From IMG/VR virus record IMGVR_UViG_2585427757_000006: DNA of 64,000 bases; one strand, given 5' to 3'. Below, in pieces: positions 19,234 through 27,560 of the stretch; positions within the stretch are counted from its first letter, which is position 1, and each line of letters starts with the position of its first letter. Origin of the DNA: a virus. Its lineage: Duplodnaviria; Heunggongvirae; Uroviricota; Caudoviricetes. The notes under the pieces are model-generated. The model was not told the DNA's origin, made no database searches, and saw only the letters and a program-made list of their open reading frames with translations. A program made the position numbers and the translations under genes.

Positions 19234-19551
19234 TGGAGAGTTCCCTTTGCGTATATAATTATCGTCTGAAACAACTTGTTTTCTTATATGTGATATAGCC
19301 TAAATGCCTACGGCTGCGGTGTAAAGGTTAAATGGTAGGTTGTGATTAACAATTGGCAAACATAGCTTGTATTTGTCTGTTGAAAAAAGTAACAATGACC
19401 TCTATATTACAAGTACGGTGATATGCCGTACACAATTTGATAATGCACACGTAATGGGCTATAGCCTTTTAAAGTAATTTTTGAGTCGAAAACTCAGTTT
19501 GAACAGAGGAGATTGATGGCCTTCCTACATCACGGCCATCAGGAGGAATAC

Positions 19552-19821
19552 ATGTCAGCACTAAAAAAGCAGCGCATCGATTTGAGATTAACCGATGACG
19601 ATAAAAGCATCATCGAGGAAGCTGCCGCAATGTCTAACCAGAGCATTACTCAGTTTATGGTTAGCAGTGCATCTGAACGTGCCGTGAAAGTTATAGAGCA
19701 ACACCGTAGACTAGTTCTGAATGAAGAATCCTGGAATCTGGTTATGGACGCTATAAGCAATCCTCCGGCACCGAACGACAAGCTGAAACGAGCTGCTGAT
19801 CGTCTGAAAAGCATGGAGTAG
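19552..19821 (+). CDS. DUF1778 (TacA-like) antitoxin
   Basis: ATG at 19552 preceded by AGGAGG; about 90 aa, sequence RIDLRLTDDDKSIIEEAAAMSNQSITQFMV typical of DUF1778 antitoxins of GNAT toxins; ORF track start 19513 is probably upstream of the real start. Confidence 0.7.
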   Translation: MSALKKQRIDLRLTDDDKSIIEEAAAMSNQSITQFMVSSASERAVKVIEQHRRLVLNEESWNLVMDAISNPPAPNDKLKRAADRLKSME

Positions 19822-19828
19822 TTTACTC

Positions 19829-20350
19829 GTGGATAATATAAAGATAGAAATTTTCTCTGGAGAGAAAGATTATGATTTGAATGGTTTTGATTGCGGTGAA
19901 GAATCACTAAATGCCTTTTTAACCAACCACTTAAAAAGGCAGCATGAGGGAAAAATTCTTCGCGCTTATGTGCTTTGCACGAAAGAAGGCAGACCAAAAG
20001 TGTTAGGGTATTACACTTTGTCAGGTAGCTGCTTTGAAAAGGAGTCCTTACCTTCAAGAAGCCAGCAAAAGAAGGTACCTTATCGGAATGTTCCAAGTGT
20101 TACTTTGGGTAGGCTGGCTTTGGACAAGTCCCTTCAAGGTCAAGGATTTGGCTCAATGCTTGTAACACATGCAATGCGCGTTGTGTACAATGCATCTCTT
20201 GCTGTAGGCATTCATGGACTTTTCGTTGAGGCGTTAAATGACAAAGCCAAGGCGTTTTATAAAAGTTTAGACTTTATCCAGCTGGTTGGTAACAACGAGC
20301 GTTCTTTGTTCTATCCTACAAAATCTATCGAAAAATTGTTCGAAGAATAA
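19829..20350 (+). CDS. GNAT-family acetyltransferase toxin (TacT/AtaT-like)
   Basis: 173-aa ORF 8 bp after antitoxin; GNAT motif region LALDKSLQGQGFGSML. Confidence 0.7.
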   Translation: MDNIKIEIFSGEKDYDLNGFDCGEESLNAFLTNHLKRQHEGKILRAYVLCTKEGRPKVLGYYTLSGSCFEKESLPSRSQQKKVPYRNVPSVTLGRLALDKSLQGQGFGSMLVTHAMRVVYNASLAVGIHGLFVEALNDKAKAFYKSLDFIQLVGNNERSLFYPTKSIEKLFEE

Positions 20351-20381
20351 TGTACTCCCCTCAAGTGAGGGGAACTTCGCA

Positions 20382-20597
20382 TCACCAACCGCAAACTCTC
20401 TCTCCCATCGTATTGTGAAAAAGGATTTGGCGTTCGGTTTCTTCGGTCATCACATCATTATTGCTGATATAGATAGGCCCAGCTCCATCGCAGAACAATA
20501 CGCTGGCGGTTTGTGGTTTAATGACGCACCCACTTATCATACAACTCACGATGAACGGCAGAAGCATCTTTCTGACGTATTTTATTGCTCGTCTCAT
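20382..20597 (-). CDS. o-spanin candidate (lipoprotein overlapping i-spanin gene in another frame)
   Basis: 71-aa ORF with lipobox-like ISGC after hydrophobic stretch; overlaps 3' end of 20518-20769. Confidence 0.45.
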   Translation of the reverse strand: MRRAIKYVRKMLLPFIVSCMISGCVIKPQTASVLFCDGAGPIYISNNDVMTEETERQILFHNTMGERVCGW

Positions 20598-20769
20598 TCA
20601 CCACTTCCACTGTGCTTTGAAGTCGTTTTCTGTCTTCCTGTTTTGCCTTCTCTTCCATTGCTCGTCGCGCCGCATTCCCGCCCATCGTGTAAGCGCCGAC
20701 AAGAACGAAAAGAACGGCAGCCAGCGTAATCAAAGCAACTTTTAGCTTTGTCATCAGGCTGCCTAGCAT
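20518..20769 (-). CDS. i-spanin candidate (N-terminal TM plus coiled coil)
   Basis: 83-aa ORF; TM helix VALITLAAVLFVLVGAY then charged helical region. Confidence 0.5.
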   Translation of the reverse strand: MLGSLMTKLKVALITLAAVLFVLVGAYTMGGNAARRAMEEKAKQEDRKRLQSTVEVVNETSNKIRQKDASAVHRELYDKWVRH

Positions 20770-20770
20770 A

Positions 20771-21490
20771 TTAGACCATCCCTTTCTGGTGTTTTCTTAC
20801 CTGCGACCAGGCAATGAATCCGGCCACAACAATAGTGGCAATACCGAAGATGATGCGTACTGTATCCCCGCTAGAGATATGACCTTGTGCTTTATCCATA
20901 GCAGCGGAAACCTGCGGCATAACATCGGCCAGCTGCGCCAGACCAATACCTGCTGTAACAGTTGCGCCTGCGGTTTCTTTAGTTACAGGAACAGCCTTCA
21001 CGGTTTTCACCGGCTTAACAACGCCAGCTCGACGCAGACCTTCCTCAATAACTTCTGCCGCATACCAGGTGTTCAGCGTTTTTAGCGGACCTCGCCCATT
21101 CTCATGGCGAATGATTGCCTCAACCAAAGGTCGAAGAATGTCGTAATCATGCAGATCGATAATCATGTCTGCGGTTACACCAACGGCTTTAGACACCTCA
21201 TTAATGTAGGCGTCAGTATTGTTTTCATTCGGCGGTGCCCAACGTTCAATAACTTCACGAATGGTATCGATACTTGAGCCGTCTTTTGCGCGACGTTTGT
21301 CGTGGTAGGTAATTAGAGTCACCGCCAGCGCACGAATCCCCCAAACAGGGTCTTTAAACGTGCAAAAGCGCGGTTCGTCTGGATTCGCAACCAGACCTTG
21401 CCACGGTGATCCTTTATCAAGATTACCGGGGTTATTATTACGAATGCCTCTCGGAGTCTTCATCCTTGATCTCCTGTTATTGCAGTCCAC
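20771..21490 (-). CDS. endolysin-like protein with C-terminal transmembrane helix
   Basis: 239-aa ORF; N-terminal NNPGN motif region; C-terminal hydrophobic IIFGIATIVVAGFIAW; position between holin-like gene and spanins. Confidence 0.5.
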   Translation of the reverse strand: MDCNNRRSRMKTPRGIRNNNPGNLDKGSPWQGLVANPDEPRFCTFKDPVWGIRALAVTLITYHDKRRAKDGSSIDTIREVIERWAPPNENNTDAYINEVSKAVGVTADMIIDLHDYDILRPLVEAIIRHENGRGPLKTLNTWYAAEVIEEGLRRAGVVKPVKTVKAVPVTKETAGATVTAGIGLAQLADVMPQVSAAMDKAQGHISSGDTVRIIFGIATIVVAGFIAWSQVRKHQKGMV

Positions 21491-21812
21491 TTTTTACGCC
21501 ATACGCGGCTAACCCCAAAAGCAGTGCGGTAATAATGAACGACGTTATTTTAGAAACAATGCCGCCAAAGAACCCACTTGAGATGGAATCTAACCGGTTA
21601 AGGAGTTTGTCCAGATTGGAGTGTTGAATACTATGTTGCGCCGGGGTCATATCACCAAAGTAGGTTTTCAGCTGATCATTGACCTCCTGGCCAATTTCTT
21701 CACGTAGCTCTTTACCTAATTTGCCAACAACCTCCCGAGCAACGATCGCGGCAATACGCTCAACTTGCTCTGTTGTAACGCCCGCCATCTCGTTCGACAT
21801 GTTTTCCTCCAT
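21477..21812 (-). CDS. holin candidate
   Basis: 111-aa ORF with C-terminal TM segment ITSFIITALLLGLAAYGV; first gene of lysis block. Confidence 0.45.
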   Translation of the reverse strand: MEENMSNEMAGVTTEQVERIAAIVAREVVGKLGKELREEIGQEVNDQLKTYFGDMTPAQHSIQHSNLDKLLNRLDSISSGFFGGIVSKITSFIITALLLGLAAYGVKSGLQ

Positions 21813-21881
21813 GAAAAGTCAAATCGGGATGGCGGATTTATATCACATTTCACCCTTTTGTTGTAGGTGTGTACTTACCTA

Positions 21882-22115
21882 TCATTCAGCATTGCAACCG
21901 ATTGATGAGAAAGCACCTACTCCAACCCATCGCCAGTTATAGATGCTACCCGCTTTGTATAAGGTATAGTCGTTCACTTTTTTAACAGCATATATGGGTA
22001 TGACTGTCTCCTGTCCACCAATGATAGCTTCACCATAACATATAGGTGTCGGCAATTTCTGGCAGCCAGTAAGAGAGAGAACAACAGCTATTGTTAGAAA
22101 TAATCTTTTCATCAT
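21882..22115 (-). CDS. small lipoprotein (candidate receptor-blocking superinfection-exclusion protein)
   Basis: 77-aa ORF with signal peptide plus lipobox LTGC; located immediately downstream of tail-fibre genes. Confidence 0.5.
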   Translation of the reverse strand: MMKRLFLTIAVVLSLTGCQKLPTPICYGEAIIGGQETVIPIYAVKKVNDYTLYKAGSIYNWRWVGVGAFSSIGCNAE

Positions 22116-22122
22116 TTACTCA

Positions 22123-22731
22123 TCAGTTATACAGATTTCTATTTATTACCGGTACTCTGCCATTTACGCTAAAACTATGGCCGCCATTAAGTTGGTTTAC
22201 GAATATCGAGCTAACAGTATTTCCATATGCCGCATATCCATAAACCATTGTCATGGCTCCGCCCGGTACTGGAACAGCGAACACATTCGCATATGTTGGG
22301 ATTATCGCTGGAGGGTAATCAAAAACATGCCCTCCAGAGCTGTTCCACTCCGTATTATTAAGAAAGGTAAATGAAAGTGGGATATTTGCCGTATTATAGA
22401 TTTCCCCCCCTTGTGCATTGAAAAAACTCATGCCCCAAGTTTCTTTTTTGGCTATACCTTTCGAAAATACGTATATCGTGGCACTAGAGTCGCTACCCTG
22501 ACCTCCGAAACTGTAAATCACCTGGTTGTTACGCACTATTCTGTTGGCTATTAATGAAACAGCTTTCGAATAGGCAACAAAAATAATCGGTGAACGATCT
22601 GGAGATATTTTGGTGTTAAACTCTGTCCCGCCGGACAAAGAAACAACCTGCTTTCTCTGAAAAACGATAGGAGACAAAGAAGGAGACATCCAGACCTTCC
22701 CGTCAGATCGATATATCTTGCTTCCGTACAT
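22123..22731 (-). CDS. tail-fibre-associated hypothetical protein
   Basis: 202-aa ORF translationally coupled (TAATG) to upstream ORF; Gly/Ser/Asn-rich. Confidence 0.45.
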   Translation of the reverse strand: MYGSKIYRSDGKVWMSPSLSPIVFQRKQVVSLSGGTEFNTKISPDRSPIIFVAYSKAVSLIANRIVRNNQVIYSFGGQGSDSSATIYVFSKGIAKKETWGMSFFNAQGGEIYNTANIPLSFTFLNNTEWNSSGGHVFDYPPAIIPTYANVFAVPVPGGAMTMVYGYAAYGNTVSSIFVNQLNGGHSFSVNGRVPVINRNLYN

Positions 22732-22985
22732 TATTTTTGAAAAACCAATATGTTTAAATTACCACTAGCTCCAGACCACGAAATGGTATTTCCAGAAACC
22801 GTAAGACTTGTGTACTTTCCATTGGTTACGTCCATTATGTAATAGTCGATTCCCAATCCCGCCTCAACCTCATATGTTCTACTTCCTGAACCAGAGGGAG
22901 TAAAATAATCGAGGTAATAAACAGGGGCCAACGCATTGACCATCTCCTGTCTTGATGGCGACCAAACCTGTGCACCATAGCTCAT
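22731..22985 (-). CDS. tail-fibre-associated hypothetical protein
   Basis: 84-aa ORF downstream of side tail fibre. Confidence 0.4.
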   Translation of the reverse strand: MSYGAQVWSPSRQEMVNALAPVYYLDYFTPSGSGSRTYEVEAGLGIDYYIMDVTNGKYTSLTVSGNTISWSGASGNLNILVFQK

Positions 22986-23045
22986 AAATATATCCTTATA
23001 CTTTTAAGCAGGGGCTGGTTTAGCTCCAGCCCCGATTGAAGTTGT

Positions 23046-26000
23046 TTATTCTTTAGGTGAATTTAACTTCGTTTCAAGCTCCTCAACCCTTTTGGTCAAT
23101 TGCTGAATATGATGAATGAGTGGTACAACCAAACGCTCATACATCACTCCTTCAGCGACCATACCATTTGAGGAAATATCTTCTGGAGAATCATTATTTG
23201 TTGGTTCACGCCAATGGACATATTGCGGGGCAATCTCACCAACCTCTTCAGCAATAAGGCCGTAATACCCCCAATCCTTTCGGTCACCTCGACAAATTGA
23301 ACGATACCAAACAGGTCTTAATGACAAAAGTTCATCAGCATATCGATCTTGTAATGTTTCAATATCCTTTTTATAGCGCCTTGAAGACGTTGAACGCCAA
23401 ACTGTATTGATACCTGGGTTTGGATCAATGTACATATTGGCACCGCTAGTAGTTGTGCCAATATCCCATATAGCAAACCCTCCACTACCGCCTGATTTGA
23501 CAACCAGTGTTTCAGCAACAATATCCAGGTTGCCACTATAGCCTGTCAGTGATGATCTGCTTGCATAGGAGCTTAGAAGGTTTGCTACCTCTGTTTTCGT
23601 GTAAGCATTAAGGTTAGCCGCAGTCAAAGTTATATCGGCAGAGCCATCAAACGCCACACCAGCAATTTTCCTTGCTGTCTGCAATTTTGTGGCGGTTGCG
23701 GCATTACCAGTAGTGTTCTGATTACCAGTTGTATTCACACCAGGGATTGAATCCTTAGCGGTATATACCTGCGCCCACGCTGACCATGCTGCACCTGTGT
23801 TATCTCTTCGTGAGCGAATGAAAACTGGCGCATGTGCACCGCTCGTACCACTCCAGCCAATAAGCAACTCGCCCTCACCAGCAGCACTCGCACCTTTCAT
23901 GTGCAATACGTTGCCATACGTGGTCGGGTAGCTATTGTTGTACGCCTCATACATTTGAATGCCAGCAGTGCCTTGAGTAGAGCCGCTTAACGCCGTAACT
24001 CGGCCACGAGATACCAATGTATTAATGTTGATATCGCCTGAACCATCAAACTTAACACCATTGATGTTTCTCGCTGTTTGCAACTTCGTAGCTGTTGAAG
24101 CATTACCGTTCAAACTACCATTTACGCCACCAGTCACATTTAGTCCATTACCAATTGATACAGCACCGCTGGTATTATTAATTGTAATCGGTCGCAAACC
24201 GTTCCATGAACCTAATGTGTCTCCTGATGCTGTTAGCAGGAAATATGTGTTCGCCCCATCATTACGGATAAAGAACCCATAGTTACCGTAAGCAATGCGG
24301 AAACCATTTGCATATTTTGAAACGATCTCACCAGAAGACGTTACCCCCCCAGATAATGTGCCACCTGAAAGCGGTAATGCTCCTACATCAGAAGCTGTTG
24401 GTTTGTTTCTGGTGTTATAAGAACGACGCCAGCCTGGCGCATAATCACTTCCATTGTACACATAAATAAATTCCGCATTATTAACACCACCATGACCCGA
24501 TGTTGTTGTCGTTGTAACACGAATAGTGTAATGGCTTGTTGCCTTATTACTAAACACCTCAATCACGGAACCAGATAGATCGATCCTACCGCAACCAGTG
24601 TCGTCTATATAATTATTGTTGGCGTAAGCCCATGAGCACCGTGCAATCCAATATTTGTTTGAAAATGCACCCTGATTATTTAGCCACGTTATAAACTGAG
24701 CAGTCGTAAATGCTGTTCCGTTACCACTATTTAACCATCCGGCGGCAGCGGTTGGTGCGTTTATATCAGCCGGCTGAGGCATAAATCCAGTCGTGTAAAC
24801 CTGCTCCCAACCACTTTCAAAACCATAGCCATCTCTTGAGGAACGGTAGAACAGACCACCATTTTTATAGTGAGCTTTAATTTGAAGCGTACGGCAACTA
24901 CCTACACCGGTATAAAAGTTGGCAAGAATATAACTAGCGCCTGCTCTAGTTACATTGTAAGCACCAGATTCAGCATTCCACGGCACGCCACCATCAGCAT
25001 CCGCATATGTATCCGTTGCCCTTCTGGCAAAAGCAGCCACATGCGCGGCGGTTAAAGTGATATCTTTGGAACCATCAAACTCAACACCAGAAACCCGTCT
25101 TGGCGTTTGCAGCTTTGTTGCTGTTAATGCATTACCGTTCAGACTTGCGGACAGTTTGGTTCCAATAACCAGTTCGCCGGTTGCGTTATCAATAGCAAAC
25201 GGTCTTAATGTATTCCAGCCACCATAAACATCACCTTGATTGGTAAGCAGCAGGTAAGTTTTAGCGCCATCATTACGCCATAATGCCCCATACTCCCCAC
25301 CTATCATTCGAATCTGATTACCACCACGCGCTACAATTTCGTCTGTGGCAAAAAGTTTTTTGCACGACAAGTTATCGTTAACGATTAACGAATGAGACTC
25401 ATAAAAACCACGCCCACTCTTAAAATCAAGGATAACGTCCGCCGCGATACATTCAATCGCCGGATTTGTTGCCCCAAACTTATAGGTCGTATCATTAACA
25501 ACGAGATCCGCACCAGGTGCGGATATTGACAGGCCATCTTCAATAAACGCAAAAACAGGGAAAGCAGCACCATCAACATAGAACACAGAGCGCAAATCAT
25601 CGCCCTTATTACTCATCATTATTGAGTGGATGGCTCGTTCATTGTTTTGATATTGCCAGAACATTCCATAAGCATAACGCCCCCTGTCAGTCCAGCCACC
25701 AGGCATAACAAATCCGTTAAACTCGCAGTTATTCATCGGATCGCCTGCGGTTCGCGTTGCCGTGGTGATAATGACCCTTGATGCCAGTTCGCTTACTGAG
25801 CCAGCAGAACGCATAACAACAACAGGGTAATATTTTCCAGATGTTGCACCTGCAGGAGCGTTAACCCGCACATAACGCATACCACGCTTATCAGCAAAGT
25901 CTGTTTTACTGACCGCGTTAATGTTGTTCAGGAAGCGTCCCTTATCGGGTATATCAGCGCCGTTCTGGTCTTTCTGCAGACGTTTCTCTGCATTGTCATA

Positions 26001-27467
26001 GGCTGATTTTACTGCCTTTGGCGTTGCCGCCAGCGTCTCAGACGTACTGTTGGTCGCACTGCTGAGCTGTACTATCCCCTTTTTCGTCGTACTTGCATCC
26101 TCAAGCGCCACGGCGGATGCAATATCCTCTGCCCGTTTTGCCGCTGTCTCGGCGCGCGTTGCCGCGGATTCCGCCGTACTTTTGCTCTGTGCTGCCGCCG
26201 TCGCACTGCCAGCTGCCTCTGTCGCCTTCGTGGATGCTGTCGTGGCGCTGCCCTTCGCTGCGGACGCTTGTCTGGTCGCCTCATCTTTTGAAGCAGACGC
26301 CGATGATGCCGATGACGCTGCCGAACTGGCGGACGATGCGGCTGCCGTTTTTGAGGATTCTGCACGGGTTTCCGACGCTTTCGCGTTCGTTTCGGATGTC
26401 TTCGCTGCGGAAGCAGACCTCGCTGCTGCGCTGGCCTGTTCAGTGGCTTCGCCAGCCTTCGTTGTGGCTGTTGAAGCAGACGATGCGGCACTTTCTGCCG
26501 ATTTTCCGGCGGCGGTGGCACTGGCTGAGGCCTGCCCGGCACTTGTTGACGCGGCACTTGCAGACGACGCAGCCGCTGTTTTTGAGCCTGCCGCAGCCGA
26601 GGCGCTCTGTCCCGCTGCCGTTTCAGAAGACCTGGCGTTCGTCTCGGACGTTTTTGCCGCCTTCGCGGAATTTCCTGCCGCCGTTGCCGAGGAAGCGGCA
26701 TTACTGGCGCTCGAGGCTGCGTTCGTTTCTGATGATTTCGCTGCCTCTTTTGAGGCCGCCGCATCCCGGGCTGAGGTGGCAGCTTCTGACGCCTTCGTGG
26801 TCGCGGTGGATGCAGAAGTGGCTGCAGATTTTTGTGACGCTGCAGCATTCGTTTCAGATTTTTTCGCAGCAGTTGCACTCGCACTTGCGGCACTTTGTGA
26901 GGATGCCGCAGCGGATGCACTTTGAGACGCTTGAGAGGCTTTTTCTCCAGCGGCATTGGCGCTTTTTGCTGCTGCGGCAGCACTGGCCGCCGCCTCACGA
27001 GCTTTGTCGCCAGCAGCATCAATCGCGTCAGTGTTATTTTTATACCACTCAACGTTTTCGTTGTGCTCGTTGACGATCTGCATTAGCGGCTTAACGGTCA
27101 CTTCTGTACCGTCTTCACGCTCGATTGTCACCTCATCCAGCGCAGTCAACCAACTGCGTATGGACTTGGAATCAGCCGACATACGCGACATTAGCGCAGT
27201 AAAACGCGCGCTAAACTGTGTTAAGTCGCCTTCATAGGTCGTAATGATTCGGCACGGAACCTCAGACTGAGTTTCGCCGGTATAAGGTTCTGAGAGAACA
27301 ATATTCGTATCGCTTATTACGCGCTTGATCTCATACAGCTTATTGTCGGGGCCAATGACGATCATCCCCGGCAACACACCATTAGCTGTTACGTTCCAGG
27401 CTGTCCCTGCCCCAACCAGAGTATTGCTACCATGTGTAAATGTGATAGTACCTTCCCTGTACCACAT
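23046..27467 (-). CDS. side tail fibre protein with Ala/Ser/Thr-rich repeat region, phage-fibre repeats and C-terminal S74-type intramolecular chaperone
   Basis: 1473-aa ORF; three copies of ...TATKLQTAR..G..FDGS.DI.. motif; C-terminal DIETLQDRY...GYYGLIAEEV...SSNGMVAEGVMYERL resembles chaperone-of-endosialidase domain. Confidence 0.8.
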   Translation of the reverse strand: MWYREGTITFTHGSNTLVGAGTAWNVTANGVLPGMIVIGPDNKLYEIKRVISDTNIVLSEPYTGETQSEVPCRIITTYEGDLTQFSARFTALMSRMSADSKSIRSWLTALDEVTIEREDGTEVTVKPLMQIVNEHNENVEWYKNNTDAIDAAGDKAREAAASAAAAAKSANAAGEKASQASQSASAAASSQSAASASATAAKKSETNAAASQKSAATSASTATTKASEAATSARDAAASKEAAKSSETNAASSASNAASSATAAGNSAKAAKTSETNARSSETAAGQSASAAAGSKTAAASSASAASTSAGQASASATAAGKSAESAASSASTATTKAGEATEQASAAARSASAAKTSETNAKASETRAESSKTAAASSASSAASSASSASASKDEATRQASAAKGSATTASTKATEAAGSATAAAQSKSTAESAATRAETAAKRAEDIASAVALEDASTTKKGIVQLSSATNSTSETLAATPKAVKSAYDNAEKRLQKDQNGADIPDKGRFLNNINAVSKTDFADKRGMRYVRVNAPAGATSGKYYPVVVMRSAGSVSELASRVIITTATRTAGDPMNNCEFNGFVMPGGWTDRGRYAYGMFWQYQNNERAIHSIMMSNKGDDLRSVFYVDGAAFPVFAFIEDGLSISAPGADLVVNDTTYKFGATNPAIECIAADVILDFKSGRGFYESHSLIVNDNLSCKKLFATDEIVARGGNQIRMIGGEYGALWRNDGAKTYLLLTNQGDVYGGWNTLRPFAIDNATGELVIGTKLSASLNGNALTATKLQTPRRVSGVEFDGSKDITLTAAHVAAFARRATDTYADADGGVPWNAESGAYNVTRAGASYILANFYTGVGSCRTLQIKAHYKNGGLFYRSSRDGYGFESGWEQVYTTGFMPQPADINAPTAAAGWLNSGNGTAFTTAQFITWLNNQGAFSNKYWIARCSWAYANNNYIDDTGCGRIDLSGSVIEVFSNKATSHYTIRVTTTTTSGHGGVNNAEFIYVYNGSDYAPGWRRSYNTRNKPTASDVGALPLSGGTLSGGVTSSGEIVSKYANGFRIAYGNYGFFIRNDGANTYFLLTASGDTLGSWNGLRPITINNTSGAVSIGNGLNVTGGVNGSLNGNASTATKLQTARNINGVKFDGSGDININTLVSRGRVTALSGSTQGTAGIQMYEAYNNSYPTTYGNVLHMKGASAAGEGELLIGWSGTSGAHAPVFIRSRRDNTGAAWSAWAQVYTAKDSIPGVNTTGNQNTTGNAATATKLQTARKIAGVAFDGSADITLTAANLNAYTKTEVANLLSSYASRSSLTGYSGNLDIVAETLVVKSGGSGGFAIWDIGTTTSGANMYIDPNPGINTVWRSTSSRRYKKDIETLQDRYADELLSLRPVWYRSICRGDRKDWGYYGLIAEEVGEIAPQYVHWREPTNNDSPEDISSNGMVAEGVMYERLVVPLIHHIQQLTKRVEELETKLNSPKE

Positions 27468-27560
27468 GTTGAATATGCTCCTTGATTTGGCGGGTTATCC
27501 TTGCCCGCCATTAAGTAAATACTTACCTATTTTTACCGATATAAAATTTTTTTTCCACCA

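Noticed and set aside
19234-19512. A defined parS/centromere repeat array upstream of parA
   Set aside because: Only short isolated palindromes were seen; I could not identify a convincing tandem repeat array by eye.
26050-27073. Three long ORFs (26050-26925 +, 26072-27052 -, 26093-27073 +) with Ala/Pro/Arg-rich translations
   Set aside because: They lie entirely within the GC-rich Ala/Ser repeat region of the 23046-27467 tail-fibre gene and are alternative-frame artefacts of the low-complexity repeat.
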